From positions 1,832,081 through 1,896,080 of the forward strand of contig OZ287696.1 of assembly GCA_965649825.1 (NCBI GenBank): a stretch of DNA of 64,000 bases. The letters run 5' to 3'. The translations under genes and the position numbers were made by a program. Below, piece by piece: positions 24,918-37,625 of this stretch (position 1 is the first letter of the stretch; the number at the start of each line of letters is the position of its first letter). The notes under the pieces are model-generated. The model was given only the letters and a program-made list of their open reading frames with translations, ran no database searches and was not told where the DNA came from. The DNA is from Penicillus capitatus (taxonomy: Eukaryota; Plantae; Chlorophyta).

Positions 24918-25301
24918 TGTCGTGAACCGAGATAGAAGATCGAAAAGATGCAGCAACCGTAAAAATTGAGATCTTGATGGAAGTTTCATCATCTCGATGG
25001 CATCTCTGATCCCCTCTGCAGTAAGAGTCCTTAGTGGATAGACATTTTCATGCAAGACGCTGCCGACTCTATGAGTGGTTACATATTCCTCGGCATACTA
25101 CCACGACAGTGGTGGGCACATCATCACCTATCCTCATCTGCCATCGTTTTATCGGAATGGAACAGCAATGGATCATAACGCCATTCAGATCGGAGGACTG
25201 TAAACTGTCGAACAAAGAACAAAGAATCTCCCAAAGAATCCACGCAAACAAGTATGAGACATTCAAACATTCCCACCTAAGTAACTCCCTTTCGGCCTCT
25301 C

Positions 25302-27332
25302 CTACTGCACGACTCCGTTATGAAAAGGACAATTTCCATCCTTCATATTGTGCTCCGTTGATGCGATCTCTGGGCCATGTTCGACGGAAGTGGGCAGCCG
25401 CTTCGTGAACTGAAGATAGAGTCCGTTTGCAGAATGTATCGTGGCGCCTAAGACAGTGTCATATGTGTTGATGCAGGTATCGTGTTGCATCGCGCACCTG
25501 ACGTCAGTTGCACCTCGGGTGCATCTGGGGCCAATCTGAAATCATACCGTTGCAAAATGGAAGCCACAATTTCGAGCGATTCCAACAAGGCAAATTGCGA
25601 TCCTGTACAGCAACACGCCGTTAGATAGGTGTTGCCTGGCATTGTTCTTCACCGATGCATTTTCTCCGTCCGGCCCCGAACGGAAGGTAGCGGAAATTCG
25701 TAGATATCTCATTCGGCATGCCTGCTTTCTTTGGAAAACGATCGGGATCAAATTCCAATGGGTTCTCCCACAGAACGGGTGATCGATGGAGGTTCCAGAT
25801 GGATAGAAAAATGTCTGCTCCTTTCGGCAGCTCGTACTTCCCAAGCTTGACAGACTCCAACGCCCTGCGGATCAGCACTGGCGGTTGTGGATAGAGTCGC
25901 ATGGCTTCAGCCAGAACCCTCATGCAAAGATCCAGTTGCAAAAGGGATGTTGATGTGACAGGTCCATCTCCTAACACACGATCAATCTCTTTCTGCATCT
26001 CTTTCACAAGATGCGGCTTTTTCGACAGCTCAAAGAACGTCCAGGTAAGAACAGCCGCCGTCGTTTCGTGGCCAGCAATGAGAAGGGTCATCAGATCATC
26101 CATGAGCTGCTGACCTGAGATCACTTCTCCACTGACAATGAGAAAATGCAAAATGCTCATGGTCGAGGAATCGAAGGCATCATCCTTTTCCACTGTCTCG
26201 TGGACATGCTGCACGAGACGATCGATGGTCTCGCGCATCACATTGAGACTCTCCTTCACACGACGCTGCTGAGGGATGAGGACGTCGACGAATGGCAACT
26301 TCCACCATGGCATGGCAGCCACACTTCGATGCTCAGCTTCGCGTAGCACAATATATACTGCCTGTCACATCAAGCTGCTCCACAAAAACAGACATCTCGT
26401 GGGAGGAAGGTGACTTGAATGACAGGATCGTCGTGTGTCGTGGCATCGAAGTCATGATTAAAGACAGCGCGGCCAATGATGTCTAATGCCAGCCTCGAAA
26501 AGAAGGCCTCCATTTCCACCGATTGTCCATCCTCTGCCGCCGCATGCAATTTCTCCAATCCCCTTTTTGTGCACTCGTTAAACATGACCATCATTCTCTC
26601 GATGAACGCTTTGTGCAGGGATGGCAGAATCGCACGTCGTCTTTCCATCCAGATCTCGCCGTTGGCAGGAATGAGACCGTTACCCATGACGAACTCCAGG
26701 ATATCCGAAAGAATCCCTTTGCTGTATTTCTCAGCCGATGTAGATAGGATCTCCCGCATCAGCTGCGGATCCGAGACGATCACGAAGGATTGTGGTCCAA
26801 AAGAGAGCTTGAAAATACCGCCATACACGCGGAAGAGCTCGTAGAGAGGCTCGAAGAAAGGTCGGTCGACCATCTCTGCGAGGCTACCGGATGCCTCAGG
26901 CAAAGAAGCGCGCTTTGTACGCAGATACCAACGACAGAACTGGGCACCTCTGTACGCCAATGCCCGACCTGGATAACATCATCCAACAACGCTGCCACGT
27001 GCAGGTGCCGAAGTACCGAAGGGTCCCATAGAAGCCAGAGATCGACGCCATGGCTGCGTTCGCTCTGCAATGTTCTTCCTTGAGAACTCCCCACTGAGAA
27101 TGCGTTCTTCGAGCGATGTCTCTTCTGGCGAAGCATCGATCGAGTCGCTGAGCGATATTCGACGCTGCGTCGGATGCTTTTGTTGGTGGATCGAGGATGG
27201 AGTGGCATCGCGGAGCAGACTGTTGACATGCAGCGACGTTCTGGACTGAAGAGGTTTTTGCGACGTCCTCGGGCGTCGCGGAGGTTCGGAACACAGGGGA
27301 CGGTCAGCAAAGCGGCAACGAGCTGCAGACAT
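25302..27332 (-). CDS. CYP97A: Cytochrome P450 CYP97A (carotenoid beta-ring hydroxylase, LUT5-like)
   Basis: PLYELFRVYGGIFKLSFGPQSFVIVSDP, YSKGILSDILEFVMG, AGHETT, EAMRLYPQPP, heme motif PFGAGRRKCIG; N-terminal transit peptide. Confidence 0.92.
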
Positions 27333-27375
27333 GCCTAAATAAACCCTAAAACCCCTCAGAATCCCACACGTCGCA

Positions 27376-28489
27376 TCAGAAAAGGGCGTCCTGAATGGCT
27401 CGGACTTTTGCAGCAGAGCCAAAAAAAGTCGGCGCGCCCCATTCACAACGATTCAGTTGCGCGGCGCTTTTGTCGTTCTTGGGCACAAAGACAAGTTTCC
27501 ATACGAGAGAGTAGCGTGGGCGATTGGCCAATGGCGACGGCGTCGACAGACGATGCATGATATCCTGATCCATCAACACTGCCCGACCTCTCTACCATCA
27601 CAGCCACGCTCTCCATCCGAAACGCATCGACTGGCGGACCTTCGGCCGAACAAAGATGCCTGTCTCGGTGTGCGAATCAAGGAACAGCGTCTCTGCATCC
27701 CATTCCCTCTCCCATTCAGAATTGAGATAGACCAACAGACTCACAAACAGAGGCTTTCCCGGCTCCTAATGCAACAGGGCGTTGAGGAATGCAGAGAGTA
27801 AGGGTGGCTGTCGTACGCCGTTGAAGTAGATACCGTGTTGCTGTGCCCAATCGGAGGCTTCGTCAAACGTCCAAGGATCGGCATCGACATGCCACTGAAA
27901 GCAATCGCCATACACCGCTGCATTCGCCACGAATTTATCACAGTCATAGTTTGCCGCTTCGTCTGTCTTCGATCCCGTATTGGACTGAATCTGCTCCGAT
28001 GGCATGTGGAAGATATCGACCTATGACATCCGACTGTTTGTATATCACACTTTTGTTTTCTCACACTTCTGGATAGAGTTTACACAATCGAGTATGGATT
28101 TCGACCATCGCTGGCGATGGACGATTCAACAGTTCCTTGATACAGGAATCCTGCAGAGCAGATGGACTGGGTAGATCGAAGACTTCTGTCCTTGCCTTGA
28201 GTCCCCATGACGGTGGCAGTCCTGCCTGATCACATGTAGCCCTCTGCCATCGTGTTTCGGGCGGCGCTTCATCTTCTCGCCACTGCGGTATGTTGACACA
28301 GTCAAACAAATCTTTCCTCATCGTCTCGTCGAAGAAATCATCCAACACCACCACGTGTCCATAACTCAAACGTGCTGAATCGGCGTCGGAAGGGACGATA
28401 CACGCTTCGGTGCAGATATTGATGGCGACTTTGGCGTTTTTTGGTTCCCACTGTGTCGGATGGGTGAGGACTTTCTGCATCGATGACAT
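27376..28489 (-). CDS. 2OG-Fe(II) dioxygenase (prolyl-4-hydroxylase-like fold)
   Basis: FQWHVDAD (HxD), SLLVYLN.EW, a His-containing HRLS strand and PRYS (RxS) across spliced exons. Confidence 0.72.
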
Positions 28490-28533
28490 CCTGTCGTATC
28501 GTCTTTGGCACGTGAACATCTCCCTACGCCATC

Positions 28534-29439
28534 ATGTCCCTCGCCTCAGTGACGCATCCGACGTTTGTTTCCGTTGCACCGCGACGCTGCATACGATGCA
28601 TCGACATTGCTTCGAAGCCTCGTGCATATACGACAGTGCGTCACTAGGTTCCGGCCGATCTGAGTGACATTCTGCAGAGCACATCGGATGGTGTAGGCGT
28701 GGAAGTGGCAGAAGAGGATGGTGGAGCGGCTGCATAAAAAGAAGAACGAACAGGATGAGCTGTTGCTGGTGCAACACGAGCCCGTCTATACCTTGGGCGC
28801 TGGAAGCAGTTTGAGTCATATCAGATGCTCAAGAGAGGCTCTCCCACATCCGCTGATTCGTACGGAGCGTGGAGGGGAAGTGACATTTCATGGTCCTGGG
28901 CAACTCGTGCTCTATCCCATTCTGGATCTGCACCGTTATCGATGTGACCTGCATTGGTACTTGAGGCAGTTGGAAGAGGTGGCTTTGATTGCTCTGAGGG
29001 AGGTCTCTGGAATCGAGGGCCGAAGAATCGAAGGATGGTCTGGTGTGTGGGTAAATGACGCGAAGATCGCAGCGGTGGGCATAAGAGCTAAACGGTGAAG
29101 CCATCCAGACGTCTCGCCTCCATTACTCTGTATCAACGACTGTTCGACAGGTGGGTCACCTATCACGGCCTGGCCTTGAATGTGGCAGTGGATCTGATGC
29201 CATTCGATGCCATCGTACCCTGTGGAATCGCAGATCGAAAAGTCACATCGGTGAAACAAGTGCTGCACGCCGATGCGCTCGACAGAAGAGCAGAACATAT
29301 GTGCTCGGCGGCTGATGCTTGGCTGATGAAGGAATACCGTTTTGGTTTGTTATCTGCTTTCTCTCGGGTGTTCAATGTCGATCTTCAATGGCACGAACAA
29401 GAAACGGTCACCGATATGCCGATCCCATCACAGCGATAG
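28534..29439 (+). CDS. LIP2: Octanoyltransferase (lipoyl biosynthesis, LipB/LIP2)
   Basis: [47 protein letters not shown]|[20 protein letters not shown]. Confidence 0.93.
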
Positions 29440-30066
29440 ACAGAGATCGTCATCGCATGAAGTATGCAGACAGACAGACCCATGGGAGTGCGTGTAATTA
29501 TGAAGCTGTGCATGACAACATGTGTCTCCCTCCTGTGAGACTGACTCAGTCTTACGTTTTTTTGTCAAACCAGGCTGCTCATTTCTCTGTGTACGTCACA
29601 TCAGACGACAATCTCACGCATCATGTCCCGCTCTGTAGGGTTTGGACGTTATCTAAAGACATATCACACTTACGAGACAGTGCCGACAACCACAAGACGT
29701 CCGTATATGTGTCGCTTCTCGTGCAGAACACGAGTGGATTGCTCTCGCTTTGCATTCGGCGCAAGTCCGAGATTTTTCGGACAGCAATAACGAACTCTAC
29801 TAGCGAAGAGGGGAACAGGTTTTTGCCGTCCCTTCCCTCCACGAGCGTTGCTTTTCTTTACCCTACTGATAAACATATCGTCATTGTTGCGCGACCTGTA
29901 CATCGATACCAATACAATGCCAACCGCCGCGGCGCGGAGTGGAGGATACAGTGAAGGCAGTACAGTCGTAGGAGAGGCGGCTAGAATAATTTTCAGCTCT
30001 TGTCGCGTCATCGTCATTTTTCTCGATTCTGAGAGCATTCTGGACGCATTGCGTTGTTCGGACTCG

Positions 30067-33000
30067 ATGGCAACGGAAGTGATTGAAACCGAAACCGGCT
30101 ACACAGAAAACTTCTTCGCACGCTTCTTGGGAAAAATCCGTATCTGCGACGATTGGTCGAAGGTCGATGGAAACTGGCGACGACACGTGGCGGTTGCCCC
30201 TACGAAAGGACGAACTTTTGTAGGACGAGACCATGGTATGTCTGCTGTCACGTCACGCTCTGGAGCAAAGCGTCTGTAGCTATTTTGGCGTTCGAGACGG
30301 CGGATTTGGTCAATGCCCTTCAAGCAACCCAACAGAAGTACACAAGCAGTTCACACTCGACGGTTAGACTCAAGCGGCGTTCTATAGGGAAAGAGCGATC
30401 GAAGCACCCCATTGTCTGATCGTGGAGACAACATCCGCCGTGACGATTCTCTCTGTCAATCCTACAGAACGATGCCTCTTGGTAGCACACGAGTCCACCG
30501 ATCTCTCACTCTACTCTCTCGATCTTGCACGAGACGCTCCTTTGACACTGAGCAAAATAATCTCGATGGATGTCCCTTGCCGATCGATTTCGTGGGAGAC
30601 CGCCACGTCCTCTGTCGTGTTGGATGCCAAAAACAGAGCATCACTCGTCAAGGCAGATGGGACGGTGCAGGAGTGGAAGACAACGGACGATCTCATTGCT
30701 TTGGATGTCATGGATTCGGTAGCTGTCTGGGTCAAGGCGGCGACGCCAGCCGTTCTCACCATCCATGGCTTCCGCGATGTGGACTTCGAAGAAGAGGCTT
30801 GTGAGCAATGCTGACAGTTCTTGCTGTGTTTCACGAGAGGCATGGTGGTTGTCTATAGACTCGGACTTAGACGATGATGAGACCATGGTGGTGAACTCTG
30901 TCAAAATCGTGGACACAGAACGACTCGTTGCGACGGTGGTGATCACGACCGGCGATGTTCGCAGAACAATGACTCTGTACAACATCACTTGGTCTCAGAC
31001 AACGGACAAGGTCGTCCTGTATCCAGAAGAGCTCGAAATCTGCCTGACACGCAAGGCAAGACCTGGATTCTCAGATGGCATTGAATGAGAGGCATCGTTG
31101 CTAGTTGGAGATGGTTCGTGCGCAAATGAGTCAGTGCCTCATGGTGACTCGGATTACGAGATGGGGATTGTGGCTGGTGGGCTGCGGTGAAGACATGTGC
31201 AATCCGTTTCGACTGATTGTGCAGAATGAAGAGTTTCCGGAGTTTGTTGGACCGGAGGAAGCGTTTGTTTGGCCAATCAATGAGAACAGCGACGATGATA
31301 ATCTCATGTTGGGAATGGGCGTCGATTTCTCGGTCCCGGTACGGCGGCATCGATCTCCGTAGAGTATTCTGAGGCAGATGGTTGCTGTAGTTGCGATTGG
31401 AGTCTCCAAATGACGAGAAAATCAAACGCCGATGTCATGTTGTTATCTGTGCCAGCGAAGATGGTCGTTTGATTATTTCGGCGATCGGCAGAGAGGGCAG
31501 TGATGTGACAGAGGATCCAATGACGCAAGGTACCTGATGCTCACTCGACGATGGGGCTCGTTCTTAAAATCTGTATGTACAGAACCAGGCCAACCAGAAA
31601 ACCCAACACGTGAGTGCAGTTTTTCAGTAGAGCGAGATGAGGATGAAGCGTTCGCTCGCCTTGCTTCCACAGAACCGCGTCCGGTGGTGGGGCTAACCAT
31701 TGATGAAGTCAACGGAATTCTTAACGGAGGCAACGAATCCGAGGGAGAGAAAGAGGCAGAGGCGAGAATCTCGAGCCACTGTCCAATCGAGTAACCTTTT
31801 CTTGTAGAAACCTTCCAAAGAAGAGAAAGAGAGGCTGAAGACATTGAAAGAGATCACGCTTCTAAAACTGATGCAAGAAAAGTACAACGAAGATGTTGCC
31901 AAGCACATCAGAGCCTTTGATGTTGAACACGATGTCTCGTAGACGGCAATAGCAATGCGCTCTCTGTGCATACCTAGGCTTCATGCAAGCTTGTCGAGGA
32001 AACGAGAAAGACAGAGATGAGAGCCATCGATCTGTGTCGGGAAGCACGTCGTACTGTTGAAAAGTATGAAGAGAATGATATGGACCAGGAGCTGCAGGAA
32101 AAAATGAAATGGATTCATCGTATGCGGAAGCGAATGTTAACGATCCATCAGATTACAGAGAGTTTCGTCTGCACCGTCCAGAAACGGGATAACGTGGAAG
32201 AGCGGTTGGAGTGGGATGTCGATGCAACGGTCACCCTACTCAAGAAAGAGAGGAAGGAGCTCAGACAGTCCATGATACGGGCACCATGGACAACATCTCA
32301 AACAGAAACGGAGATTGATCGGAAAGTGGCGCAACTCATGGAACAGTTTCCTGAAGAGCATCCAAAAGATGCCTCTGCCGAAAACATGAAGGATTTTTTT
32401 GAATGGGCGCCAGGACCCCTTCTGACGCAGATCAATGAACGGATCGGCACCGGAACCGGCGAGGACACACTGTGGATACGTATGGCCGGACCACTGCGTT
32501 GTGTACAAGACAGTATTTTCGCTGAAGCAGTAAAACGACCGCCAACAGAAACGGGAAGCTACGTGCTTCAAGTTTCGCCGTCTCAGGGCACTTTCCAGTG
32601 GGTTCCGGAAGTGACAGCCGCCGCGTCCAGTTCCTGTGCAGAAGACATCCCAATCCATCTGACAGAAAAAGACGCCGACCAGCTCGAGCTGTGTACAGAG
32701 GAAGAAATCAAACAGATTGTCCAGAAACAGTCAGAAAGCCATGCACGCGAATCCCAGAGGACAGCAGAGATGTCGGGCGAAGAATCCCAATGGTCAAAAG
32801 AGATCGAACAGTTTGCCCACGTGCTGCAGCGTGCAGCAATGCAGAACACCGCCGAAAGAGATCTCGCATCAAGGACAGGAGAGAAACTCCCACAAGCACC
32901 CGCTGCGCCAACCAAGGAGCAGTTCCTAAGAAACATAGGACAGAAGATGCCTAAAACAGAAAAGCCAAAGAATACCGTGTCCCGTCAAGGGGTCCATGCA

Positions 33001-33465
33001 AAAACCAAGACGCTGCCGATCGAGGCTGCTGCTTCCAAGACATCCCTACCAGAAACGAAACCCGCGATCCCCAGCAATCCATCAAATACTCAAGCCCCTT
33101 CGAATCCGCCAATCGCTGTGATGCAACAGCAGGGAGTTGGTACCTTTCAAGCAGCAGGATTTTCTGCTTTTGGACAGCCATCGCATGTCGGAGCAATGGG
33201 CGTGGCTCCGCAGCTGGGTTCATTGCAACAGCAAAAGACAGCGCTTTCTGGAACGACGTCGATTGGAGGTGGATTTGGTGCCTTTGCCAGTGGTGGCAAT
33301 GTGTTTGGAAGCTTTTCGCAGACACAAGGAGGACAAAGCCAGAATGCATTTGCAGCTATGGCGCAGAAACAAACAAGTGAGGCTTTCGGCAGAACGAAGC
33401 CAGGTGGAACATTCAATATCAGTGCCAAGCAAGAGAACGCCAAATTGTTTGAGATGCGAAAGTAG
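30067..33465 (+). CDS. NUP214: Nucleoporin Nup214/Nup159-like
   Basis: Beta-strand-rich N-terminal exons, coiled-coil middle, FG-type tail (GFSAFG, GGGFGAFAS, VFGSF) ending LFEMRK*, like plant NUP214. Confidence 0.7.
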
Positions 33466-33949
33466 ACGGGTTTGTGAACAGTCCCATCAATCATGTCAAT
33501 TTGAACGGCGACACATGTGTGAATAGCATTTGCATAAAGGCTTTTCACTAAGACGTTCTGCAACGGCACCCACTGAGTGAGAATGTTTGTGAAATCTCTC
33601 CAAAGCATTTCGCCAGGAATGTCGATCGGCTCAGGGGTCGTTCACTCGCCCGCTCCGGGCTTCTTTGCTGCAAGAATGTTCAGCCTCTCGAAAATGCAGA
33701 CCACCGAAGAAAAAGATACAATGAATTGAAATGGTTTCATAGACAGGCCTTCGATTCTAAGATCACACTCAATAAAACCGCTGCCCGGCAGAGGCGGTGA
33801 CTGAAAGTAAGGTATAGGTTATCGTATGGAGTGCATGCAGCATTCGGTATAAAGTATGCGGAAAGCTGGGCTTCTGCTCATGACTCGTGCAGCTTAGACC
33901 AATCGCTGAGTGGTTTGTATGCAATGTTCTGATGGCTTCATTACGATGT

Positions 33950-34630
33950 GTGCTTCGACGCATTCTGTATCGGGGGAGATGTTCTGTTTCTCCGTACTGC
34001 ACGTGTCACACTTCCCTTTCAATGTCTTCGGAGATCTCCGGAACTCACCCAAGATGATGTGGCATGGATGACAGCGAGGAATGATCTCTTGATGGAGAAT
34101 GTGTCATCCCCGGTCTCTTATTCCAAAGAAGAGGCAATGCCAATGATCTCAAGTATTCCCACGTCCAGTCTCGAGGTCTGGAATGCTTCCTCGTGTGCTT
34201 CCACCACGCGAATCTCAAGATCGGCATTTTCATGGTATCATCCTGCATCACGAAAAGCTCGGCAGGTTCTCTGTCTGTCTGTGATTGAAAGCGGATCATG
34301 GTGGTGTCCAACAACTTCTCATTTCCGTCACGAGTCATTCGCTGAAAGGACGACGGATGCTGGATGCATTTGTCCAAGCACAGTCTTCGCGGGAATGTCA
34401 AATGTGGAGAAGAGAGTAACTCGTTCTCCTCGAGAGAGAATCCGCGCATTCTTTCAGTATCTTGGATATCATGTGATTTCTCACTCTTTCACTAAGCTTC
34501 TGTTCAGTAGGAAGTCGACCGTTTCGAATGGCATCGAGAGCAGTGCGCATCAGCACTGCTACTGTGCGGATTCTTCTCTCTGTCTACTCGTGCGTTGTCT
34601 GCGAATCTCTACCAGACTCGATTGACCATA
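33950..34630 (-). pseudogene. Degenerate coding remnant, partly duplicated at 48420-48948
   Basis: Protein-like segments in different frames (MRTALDAIRNGRLPTEQKLSERV; DLEIRVVEAHEEAFQTSRLDVGILE) broken by stops. Confidence 0.3.
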
Positions 34631-35975
34631 TCAGATGTGTTTAAAGCAGTTTACTCCATCTATCTGCGCTCATGCAGCATCTCCGTCGTCTGATAGTGAA
34701 CAAGCAACATGACAGCAGTCAGTCATTACACGTTGTGGTGTACGGTAAGACGACAGTGTCTTGTGTCCGGAGACATCGCACGCCAGCTCATCTACTCGCG
34801 TGGCAAGATAGCAGATCTCCGTCGCCAGCATGAAGAGAATTCGCCGTCTCCTCGCCTCAGCTTAAAGAAAACAGCCAGGGCGAACAGTTGCAGAGTGCTT
34901 AGAAAACAAAACCACTGTACGACGGTATGCAATGCAATGCCTCGTCGCTTGCCGAATGACCAACGTCCGACGATCTCTTGTACATACCACATGCCTTCGC
35001 CTTCATTCGAGACTTGCCTCGTTTCATTTCTATGGAAGATGCGAGTTTAGCACGGGAGAAGGGTGGACTCGGCGAGACGCTGGTTTTTGTCCGACGACAA
35101 CCGAGAACCTACTCTTGTGCTGCTCGGCGCTTGTTGGCTCGGACGGCGGCCCCGTCGACCGGGTGAATGGGCGACCGCAACCACTGTCAGAATACAAATC
35201 GCGGAGCGTGTCTGGATTCAGACGCGCAGACAGCCAGTCGCCTGGAAAAGGGGCGCTAGTAAACGACGGACCGCGACGAGCGTGCTGCGTGTTTTACATC
35301 TTCTGAACGGGAGGGGATTATTTGGGACGCCGATTCTTCCCTCGAAGATGCGCCTGTCGACAGAGCAGCCGCGCCATGGACAACCCTGAGAATCGTTCAT
35401 TTCCGTTCCACGGCCTCGAACGTTCGCTCAGGTGACATGTCGGCAATCGGCGGCGTAGATCGCCTTCAACTTTGTGGTATGTTTCTTGAAGAGATCTTTC
35501 GGTTGTCGTCGCTAAAAACCGACGCGAGTCTCTGGTTTGTGGCGCGTACGCTATTCTCGACTGCTGCGGCATCAGCGGGAAATGGCAACAAGCGAGCGCA
35601 TCCTCGCGCCCGGGCGGTCAACTCAGTCACTGCATTAGGCAAGTCAGAGCCCGTTCCTCTTTCGCAGTGACCGTGCAAGGCGGTCGACCGTATTCGTTTC
35701 GCAGGGAAACTGCCTCGCTGAGTGCTGGGAGGCAAATGGACGCTAACCGTTGGGCAGATGCGCGCCCGCCAGAGCAGTCACATCGCGACTGATCCCGAAT
35801 GAGAGCGCGAGGATCCTCAAGAGCTTTCCATGCAGCACCATCTGCTGGGTCGCAGGCGACGGATACGACCGAATTGGAAAACGCAGCTGCCTGCAAACGA
35901 GGCAGCTGCCGAATTCGGACACGTCGCTTCGGGTTTTTCTGACTGAAATTCACACCGCTGACTGCAGCTGCATGG

Positions 35976-35982
35976 TATAAAT
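35976..35982 (+). promoter_or_regulatory. TATA box of secreted-protein gene, copy 1
   Basis: TATAAAT ~95 nt upstream of the ATG, conserved in all three copies. Confidence 0.6.
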
Positions 35983-36071
35983 TCGAGCAGAATTCTCCAC
36001 CACTGCCATTTCCCTTTACGCGTTTGTGTCTTCTGTGTCTCCGAGGTTCTTCGAACTCCGTCTCAAACACC

Positions 36072-36573
36072 ATGTCTGCCAACGCAGCTTTGTTCGTCTT
36101 TGCCGCTCTTCTCTGCCTCCACGCAGCAAGATCCCTTCCACCGCAGCAACCCTCGATGGCGAATGTTTGGTGTTCTGGCAGGTGAGCGCTTACCGCCCCA
36201 CCACAGAGTTGGTCGTCGACGAGAATGGCCACGTCAACGGCAAACAGTTTTTGAATACAGACAACGCTTATGGTATGGCGGGCAGCGTTGCGAAAACTCT
36301 TTTTATTTTGCATGTGCATGTGAAGTCCCAGGTGAGAAGTATGTTGGAAACCGTGTCTACAGTACTCGAGAACCAAATTATAACGAATGCATAAGATTCA
36401 TATGCGATAAGAGCAAGTCGCCAGATCTATTTCGTCAAGTGTCGAATGAGACTGGCTCTGTCTTAGTGGACCTTGTGGCATGGGACTATTACTCAGCGGC
36501 TGCTACATGCAATGGATACGATGCGGAGTATCCCGCCGAAAAAGCCGAGGGTTGGGTGAGAGGCCTGTGCTAA
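36072..36573 (+). CDS. Small secreted Cys protein with PAN/apple-like domain, copy 1 (112 aa)
   Basis: Exons 36072-36125, 36182-36272, 36326-36412, 36467-36573; signal peptide MSANAALFVFAALLCLHAVSA; mature end ...NECIRFIC...VAWDYY...TCNGY...GWVRGLC*. Confidence 0.8.
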
Positions 36574-36994
36574 ACAGGTCGCCTGAAGAACGCAAAGCCG
36601 ATCGCATTCTTTCCGGTCTAAGTTCTGGAGATTTTGCATGACTGTCTGGAACAATCCGGTTACCTTTGAATGTTCGATTTAATGAACAGCGCAGCCGTTT
36701 TTTGAATTCGGTCTCATGACGCATGCCCTTTCCAGCGATCATGCATCCCAATTCGGACTGCTGAGATAAGAGTGAATGTGCATGACTCGCGAAGAGAGTA
36801 GACGATGGCGCTAGATATCTCTGAGGCTTGGCAAATACATGGTGCACAAGAGGTGAGAAGATCTTTAACATAAGACAATCGAGATACTGAAGAAGCTCGT
36901 AACAACAGCGTCCGATTTTCTGTCATCATCCGTGGCCTTACAATCGCGTTTACGATGGTCGCACGCATCGAAGACAGATTTGGCTCCTGAACTA

Positions 36995-37625
36995 CTATTG
37001 CATACGAGCGGCCGACTTTGCCAATTGGTCTTTCTGGTAATACTCCACTCTGGCCTTCATATACGCATCAACAAACTCTCCGGCTGCCGTGTTTCCTTCC
37101 AGTGCAGTTGTCATCAACGCTTCGCTGCGCTCGTTAAGCTACAGCAAACGCAGCTGTTGGCGGATTCAGACAGGAGAGGATTGCATGGATGCCTCGTTTG
37201 TCAGATCCTGTAGCTGCTTCAACAGAAAAGGAATGCTGACGAGGGCGTTCAGCCGTTCGTGCTCTTTGACGGCGCCTTCGTACAAGCGTCGTGTGTCGGC
37301 GTAGTCGGACGATTTGACAATGGCGATCTGGTTCTTTCTGTCCCGGATTTCTGCCTCGCGTTCCAAGTTCTGTTCCGCTGCTTGGATGGTTCTTTCCTCC
37401 AGTTCTCGAGGCCGATCGAATATCTGCATCTCACACTTGTCACACAAACACACATGCGCTTTGCGCGTTCACCTTCAATTCTGTCGCTATTGTCGAAACC
37501 AATTAACGGTAGCTCTCCTCTTGGGTGACAAAGCGCATCAAATCGTCGTCTGAGCAGTTTTGCAGATATTGAACAATGGCATCGACTTGAGACATTAGAT
37601 TCATTTCTTGTGGGGGCTTCTGCAT
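36995..37625 (-). pseudogene. VPS37: ESCRT-I subunit VPS37 homologue with an in-frame TAA at 37503-37505
   Basis: DDLMRFVTQEESYR*LVSTI...ELEERTIQAAEQNLERE...LLKQLQ...SEAL...EFVDAYMKAR is collinear with plant VPS37 (Mod(r) domain). Confidence 0.72.

Larger units (their letters stand above)
34148..36730 (+). repeat. Segmental duplication unit R, copy 1
   Basis: Reverse-complement match to 46380-48948 (coordinate sums stay near 83100) and direct match to ~58560-60830. Confidence 0.93.

Noticed and set aside
28534-29439. Bacterial contamination or recent HGT for lipB
   Set aside because: It has spliceosomal introns and host-like composition.
29670-30038. Small minus-strand ORF head-to-head with NUP214
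   Set aside because: It may be a real small gene, but I could not build a consistent exon model or recognise a family.
36182-36206. Possible 25-nt micro-introns here and at 24047-24071
   Set aside because: The first gives a stop; both loci are better explained by 52-56-nt GC-AG introns of normal length.
35627-36376. Long antisense ORFs over the secreted genes (also 46707-47291 and 59834-60445)
   Set aside because: No ATG/TATA context and differing ends; the opposite strand gives a consistent spliced model with signal peptide and conserved Cys.
36503-36871. Antisense ORF KKRLRCSLNRTFKGNRIV repeated at 60593-61042
   Set aside because: Copy 2 has a 2-nt deletion in this frame and the differences are mostly non-synonymous; it reflects a conserved 3' UTR.
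36995-37625. Genome-wide TAA/TAG=Gln code suggested by the VPS37 stop
   Set aside because: NUP214 ends MRK-TAG at its conserved terminus, CSP2, CA3 and IFT38 end in TAA, and long Gln-rich exons contain no TAR codons.
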